Source of the DNA: Lepidodermella squamata
Lineage: Eukaryota; Animalia; Gastrotricha
Reading direction: 5' to 3'
Assembly (NCBI GenBank): GCA_047495785.1
Contig: JBLDXI010000002.1
Span: 930,001-994,000, forward strand
Length of the DNA stretch: 64,000 bases
Made by a program: the position numbers and the translations under genes. This document shows positions 58,715 through 64,000 of this stretch, one piece after another. Each line of letters starts with the position of its first letter. Within the stretch, counting starts at the first letter, position 1. Below the pieces are notes generated by a model. That model was not told the origin of the DNA and did no database searches. It was given only the letters and a program-made list of their open reading frames with translations.

Positions 58715-59356
58715 GTTACTAGTTATGTTAGTTATGTTATGATAATAGTGAAAATGGCTGTAAAACATCAACTAATAAGCCTAAAAATTGTAGACTATAC
58801 ACTAGACCATACATATTTCAGCATACGCAAAAAGCCGCAGCCAAATGTATTTGAGAATTCTTGAATTTACTTAGCCGTGGGTGGTTAATTTTTCAGTCTA
58901 CTTCACTCTTGTTTGCAGGTTTCATAATCATTTGATCTGCCTTTTGCTACTGCAGCAGACCACTAGATCTACAATTCCCCTCTCAATACACTTTTCATTC
59001 AATTCAACTTTCCCCAGCAGGCTTAATTGCTGCTGATAAAGCAACACCTACGACCTACGCTCACATAATTCGAATCCTGCGGTTCAGTTCCGGCGTATTC
59101 GAATGAACTGGATTTGAATCAAAAGTGAACTGTGAAATGAACTGAGAAAAATGAACTGAAAAACATCTTTATTGTATCTATATCCAAATAAAGCATGCCC
59201 ATCACAATTATATAACTCTATGGAAGCCATTATCGATGTCAAAGCTATGCATTTGAAGGCGTCAAACATCGACTTAAAAATGGATGTTTGAAAAAAATGT
59301 TTGAAATGCATTTACAAGATCAAACTGGTTTGTCCAACATTGGAAAAGGTAACAGG

Positions 59357-59667
59357 TCACTTCTCAACCTTGACTGGACCTTGCTAGCCTCCTTGTTGGT
59401 CACCTTGTAGGCCACCTTGTGGGGGAACTTGTTGTCCACCTTGTGGGGGACCTTGCTGGCGTCCTTGCTGGCCTCCTTGTTGGTCACCTTGCTGGTAGCT
59501 GTCACGTTTGGCTTCCTGGTAATTCTATTCACCACGCTTGACTTCGAAAGGAGTATTTGCAGCGACTGCTGCGACCTGGGTAAATGCAATAGGAATGTAG
59601 GTAACATGTCAGGTTTTATACTGGCTGATATTACCAATAATACTAATATCGCTGGTTTGTACATCAT
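59357..59667 (-). pseudogene. Peptide-precursor family member E (premature stops; promoter displaced by LINE)
   Basis: MMYKPAILVLL|VAAVAANTPFEVKRGE*NYQEAKR..GGQQ; in-frame TAG codons. Confidence 0.75.
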
Positions 59668-59733
59668 TCTCATTCTCATTCTCATTTTTATTGCAAATTG
59701 TTTTTCAACAGTTAGCAAATAGTTAAGTTTAGT

Positions 59734-62580
59734 TTAGCAGAAAGTTGTTTCTTGGCGCCTCACCACAGAAGTCACGTAGTTTACCAATGAAGGCGAATTA
59801 AATTTTATATGTTTGCAAAAAGCACTGTGAGAGTTGTTAACCACGCAAGACGGCAGACGGTTCCACGCAGCACGCACGCGCCTGGAGAAGCTAAATTTAT
59901 AGTTCAGGTTATTTCTAACCGCTTTCATCGTCACAGAATGAGGAGGAAGGCGAGAGTTTCGGGAGATTATAAAAAAGTCAGAGAAATTTATATCAATACA
60001 ACCCTGATACATTTTATGCATTAGAATGAGGTCATGTTGGAAGCGGCGAACCTCTAGCGTCGTTAAGCCCAATTTCTGTAGACGTTCCTCATAAGATGCA
60101 CCCTCGACCGTTTCGTGATACGAGCTTCGATAGAGTAGTCTTTTTGTGAACCGCTTTTGTACCGATTCAAGGTCATCAATATCCTGTAATGAAAAAGGCG
60201 AGTACACGGCTGGACAGAAGTCCAAACGAGATAATGTGTATGTTTTATACGCTCTAAATCGGAGGGCCTTAGACGAAAATGATTTGGCTATCATTCCATT
60301 AATACGATTACATTTCGCTGCGAGAGACTGACAATGATCTGAAAAAGATAGCTTTGAATCGATAGTAACACCGAGATCTTTCACTGAGTTGACAACTTGC
60401 AGGTCCACACCATTGATGCTAAATTGAAACGGAAATTCATTTTTGCCCATTCTCAGTACGACACATTTTTTAGAATTAACAGACAATCCGTTATCGTCAA
60501 ACCATTTGATTAACCGATCTAAGTCTTCCTGAAGTTCAAAGCAGTCTGTGAGATTACGAATGACCTTGTATAGCTTCGTGTCATCAGCAAATAACTTCAT
60601 AATCGATTTCAGAATACACGAGTTTACATCCGATGTGTATATCAGAAACAATATCGGACCAAGAACCGAGCCTTGAGGCACCCCGGAAGTTACGGGGGAC
60701 CATTCCGAGGCTTCAGAGTTGACAATCACACGAAAGAAACGATCGGAAAGAAAAGCTTTTATCCAGCGAAGGAGCGCGCCACAAACGTTAATGTCAAGAA
60801 GCTTTGCTAACAACAATGTGATCGGAACTGTATCGAAAGCCTTGGAAAGATCGAGGTAAATAACTACAACATCGAGGAGTTGGTCTAGAAAACCAAGCCA
60901 GTCGTTAGTACAAGAGAGGAGCTGCGTCTCGCAACATCTGCGCGATATGAAACCGAATTGGTTATCTGGGATCAAGTTATTCCTGTTCAAGTATATCAAC
61001 AATTTGTCTTTTACAATAGTTTCCTGAACTTTACATAGAATACAGGTTAGACTAACGGGTCTGTAATTCCCCGCCGAAGAAGCATCACCACTCTTCTTAT
61101 AGATAGGAGCCACATTTGCGTATTTCCACACAAGAGGAATTTCACCGGTCACTAATGATATTTGAAATAACAAAGATAAAGGCGTACAAAGCGATCGAGC
61201 TAGTTTTTTTATCAAGACGGCTGGTAGATTATCAACACCACCTACTGGCTTTTCTTTGATCTGACAGACATAATCATACACCAAATCAGCAGTAAAATCT
61301 ATGGTCTGAATACAGTCGTTTACAGCCTTAAAGTTCGGTGTAGCTGAGAATGACTTATTGTTGTAGGCTCCAGCGAATTGCTGCCTAAAGGCTTCAGCCT
61401 TACCTGAATCATCCACAATGCTAACGTTGTTCAAAACTAGGGCTGGAATCGCTGGGCGAGCTTTGAAACGCATAGAGAAGTAATTGTACAGATCATCAAT
61501 TTTGTTAGCAGAGAGCAGATTTTCCTCGTAATTTCGTCTAGCCTTGCGATATTCACAATCATACATTAAGCAGGCCGCTTTATAGCGAAGAAAGTCAGAT
61601 GATAATTTCCCACTTGCTCTCCATTGGCGGTACAGGCGACTTTTCCTATTTGATAACCGCTGAATGGCCGCGCTGACCCAGGGCATTCGCCCTTTCTTTC
61701 GCTTACGAGTCTTCCGTCGAGGTACGAATAGCAAAATGCCTCGATAGATTGTGTGCAGAAACCGTGTGTAACAGGTGTCCATGCTGCAGTTTGAGAACAT
61801 TACAAGCCAGTTTACCGAATCTACATAGTTCCCAAAGTTGACGTAGTCGCATTTCCGAAAGTTGAAGGCGCTCAAAACATGAGTCTTTGAACTTGATGAG
61901 CAAAATTCCACATTCATCCTGAATCTTACAACATTATGATCACAAGAAGCCGCGAGCGGTTCATCAACTTCGACACACGAGACGATATTAGGAATATTAG
62001 ATATGACTAGGTCGAGGATATTATCACCACGCGTTGGTTTATCAACATATTGGATTAGATTATTTCTCAGAAAGAACTCGGTAAAACATGAGTAAAGTAA
62101 TTTGCTAGGATTTTTGAACGTTACCCAGTTGAACTCTGGCAAGTTGAAGTCACCAACCATTACGCAGGGTTCTGTAGTATCGACTTGCTTTTGCAAGTAA
62201 CTCACGAGATCACGAATGGATTCCATTGGCGAATTAGGTGACCGATATACGATAACCAACCGTAGCGATGTTCTATCGAGCTGACAAAGACAAGTGACAC
62301 ATTCTATATAGCCATCGAAAGAGAAGGTGCTAAGAAGGCGAGGATTGAGAGAGTGATGAATGAAGCCGGCTGACCCTCCACTTTTATGAGCGACTCTATT
62401 TTGAGTAAACGAGATGTAGCCAAGGCTTTCTAGCTCATTAGCGCTTTTCTTATCCTCTTTGAAGCCGGATTCTACTACTATGATAACAAGCGGAGGAGCG
62501 TCGCCAATTTTCATCAGCAAGTTGTCGATCTTATTGTTAAGAGAATTAGCATTACAATAAAGCACAGTTACGAACGACAT
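59734..62580 (-). CDS. LINE ORF2: APE endonuclease + reverse transcriptase
   Basis: NANSL, VYRSP, GDFN, DHN; NYRPVSLT, GVPQGSVLGP, FADD; intact 948 aa. Confidence 0.95.
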   Translation of the reverse strand: MSFVTVLYCNANSLNNKIDNLLMKIGDAPPLVIIVVESGFKEDKKSANELESLGYISFTQNRVAHKSGGSAGFIHHSLNPRLLSTFSFDGYIECVTCLCQLDRTSLRLVIVYRSPNSPMESIRDLVSYLQKQVDTTEPCVMVGDFNLPEFNWVTFKNPSKLLYSCFTEFFLRNNLIQYVDKPTRGDNILDLVISNIPNIVSCVEVDEPLAASCDHNVVRFRMNVEFCSSSSKTHVLSAFNFRKCDYVNFGNYVDSVNWLVMFSNCSMDTCYTRFLHTIYRGILLFVPRRKTRKRKKGRMPWVSAAIQRLSNRKSRLYRQWRASGKLSSDFLRYKAACLMYDCEYRKARRNYEENLLSANKIDDLYNYFSMRFKARPAIPALVLNNVSIVDDSGKAEAFRQQFAGAYNNKSFSATPNFKAVNDCIQTIDFTADLVYDYVCQIKEKPVGGVDNLPAVLIKKLARSLCTPLSLLFQISLVTGEIPLVWKYANVAPIYKKSGDASSAGNYRPVSLTCILCKVQETIVKDKLLIYLNRNNLIPDNQFGFISRRCCETQLLSCTNDWLGFLDQLLDVVVIYLDLSKAFDTVPITLLLAKLLDINVCGALLRWIKAFLSDRFFRVIVNSEASEWSPVTSGVPQGSVLGPILFLIYTSDVNSCILKSIMKLFADDTKLYKVIRNLTDCFELQEDLDRLIKWFDDNGLSVNSKKCVVLRMGKNEFPFQFSINGVDLQVVNSVKDLGVTIDSKLSFSDHCQSLAAKCNRINGMIAKSFSSKALRFRAYKTYTLSRLDFCPAVYSPFSLQDIDDLESVQKRFTKRLLYRSSYHETVEGASYEERLQKLGLTTLEVRRFQHDLILMHKMYQGCIDINFSDFFIISRNSRLPPHSVTMKAVRNNLNYKFSFSRRVRAAWNRLPSCVVNNSHSAFCKHIKFNSPSLVNYVTSVVRRQETTFC

Positions 62581-62619
62581 CAGATTGCGAGAAGCATTGC
62601 CTGTGGGGGCGCCAATTAC

Positions 62620-63312
62620 CTATTTGGTGAATAGTTCAGAGAAAGCGAGCGAATTGCATACATTCACGCCTTTGTCGAGAGTATCGAAGAAGTCTTTACC
62701 GGACGGAGCTTTGTTTTTCACATGCAGTCCATATTTTCCCCATGAATCATGAAATAGGTAGTCAAAACGAGCAATAAACGCTTCATAACTTGGTGGAACA
62801 GGTAGATCATCATTGCACACACCGCCGTTTGCATTACAAACCTGAGCGAAATCAGGAATATTTTTGAGAAGGTGATGGGAAAGTTCAGGAGGCTCTGGTA
62901 GAGGCAGCAGCACATCATCCAGTTTATCACAACCACATAGGTAAGCCAAATTACTATCTTTTTGCATCACAATTTTAATTACAGATTTCGACAATTTGGA
63001 ACAGTCCTGATGAATTTCATTATCGCAAAGCCGGCATTTAATTCGAACGTCGCTATTGTTGAATTCCTTTCTGCATTTCCAACACGCATTCTTGATGCAT
63101 CCAACGTAGCCAGATCTATGTTCAAAGTCCTGAATTTTGATAGATGTTTCTCCCGGGTGTAGATTAAGTCGCTCGAGAAAAACGACTGGAGCCATTTTTT
63201 GCCCTAATTTTTCATCAATGACAGGCGGCATTTGGTGCTCGCGTGGAATCTTCTTGACTCTACTAGCGCGTGGCAGCGATTTAGCTTTTTGGCTGCTGTC
63301 ACGCTTCACCAT
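62620..63312 (-). CDS. LINE ORF1 with PHD-like zinc finger
   Basis: CWKC..C..C...H..C...C.C pattern; probable start MVKRDS at 63312. Confidence 0.7.
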   Translation of the reverse strand: MVKRDSSQKAKSLPRASRVKKIPREHQMPPVIDEKLGQKMAPVVFLERLNLHPGETSIKIQDFEHRSGYVGCIKNACWKCRKEFNNSDVRIKCRLCDNEIHQDCSKLSKSVIKIVMQKDSNLAYLCGCDKLDDVLLPLPEPPELSHHLLKNIPDFAQVCNANGGVCNDDLPVPPSYEAFIARFDYLFHDSWGKYGLHVKNKAPSGKDFFDTLDKGVNVCNSLAFSELFTK

Positions 63313-63671
63313 GTTGAGTTGTTTACGAGGAGAAAGCACAGAGTCCAAACGTAAGATATTTGAATGAATGAAAACTCGAACGATGGACTTTGACCTCGAC
63401 CAGGTTCGAGCTGCCTCTTGTCGATGCCTGGTTAACTTGGTATGAGCGAGTAGGGAGATGAATACCTTGCCTTTAGGTGAGCTGCAGTCGAAGCCGTATC
63501 CAATCAGCAAATCAGACCCGACGCCAAACAGCGGCTCACAGATGGATTGTGATGAGTGAATCGATTATAAACAGTATTTTAATCGTGCAAGCGCTGTCGA
63601 AACCAGGTGTTAGGAAACCTGGTACGCACTTCACGTCCCCTATCTTAGACACAAATCAAATTCGCAGATCA

Positions 63672-63960
63672 TCCTTTGCTTGTTGCAGAATGTAAACGGA
63701 ATGAGAAGATTGTGAAAAAATTCGCACTGTGAGAAAAGTTGCTTGTTGATTTGAATAGTTTTTCAGCTCCGTGTCGATGCTTCTATAGGCTGGCAGACGA
63801 CTTAATATCGACGTTGGGGATGAAACGTCGCCGCCCGGGTTACCCTATCTCACGTGTTTTCACCGATGGCTTCACTTAAAAATATTCAGCTGTGGTATAT
63901 GAAAACTTTCCATACGCCATTGATCATTTTTTAGTTTGATGTTTAATAACGCTTCTTTAT
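63672..63960 (-). promoter_or_regulatory. Upstream/promoter block of the peptide-precursor family, orphaned by the LINE
   Basis: Homologous to the upstream regions of members B, C and D; TATA-like CCTATAGAAG (CCTATAAAAG in paralogs) at ~63780-63789. Confidence 0.65.
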
Positions 63961-64000
63961 TAGTTGATGTAAAGCTATTAGAAAATAGCTATTAAAAAAT

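Larger units (their letters stand above)
59668..63667 (-). mobile_element. Full-length CR1-group non-LTR retrotransposon (4.0 kb)
   Basis: ORF1 + ORF2; 3' AATAAA followed by (AATGAG)n tail; candidate TSD ATCAT at 59663-59667 and 63668-63672. Confidence 0.85.

Overview
Eukaryotic (compact-genome invertebrate) DNA with short GT-AG introns; the species cannot be determined from this window. Bases 1-27.4 kb are host genes: two galaxin-like secreted proteins, the ParaHox gene Gsx, two small Cys-rich secreted proteins, an IAH1-like SGNH esterase, a secreted Sushi+ankyrin protein, a cluster of tiny membrane-protein ORFs and a multi-Sushi protein. Several MITEs are scattered among them, and a degenerate TTAGGG tract follows. 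Bases 29092-52869 are a complete 23.8-kb Maverick/Polinton (endogenous polintovirus) with AGGAGG...CCTCCT termini and ~128-bp TIRs. It carries all core genes: integrase (disrupted by a 1.1-kb insertion), penton, major capsid, protease, packaging ATPase and pPolB. It has three unusual properties. (1) Its genes contain many ~50-60 bp spliceosomal introns, one splitting the polymerase DTDS motif. (2) It carries a regulatory cargo: a TBP-like factor, a tandem PC4-like protein, a CDK/MAPK-like kinase, a RING ligase, a metallophosphoesterase and a Q/P-rich coiled-coil protein. (3) It is flanked by a 723/724-bp direct repeat instead of a 6-bp TSD. Bases 53-64 kb hold a tandem family of two-exon secreted KR-cleaved peptide precursors whose real frame is largely missed by the ORF track (one encodes 21 GEENYQEA-type peptides), plus a full-length 4.0-kb CR1-type LINE inserted exactly at the start codon of one member. 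All gene models were spliced by hand and no database searches were run.
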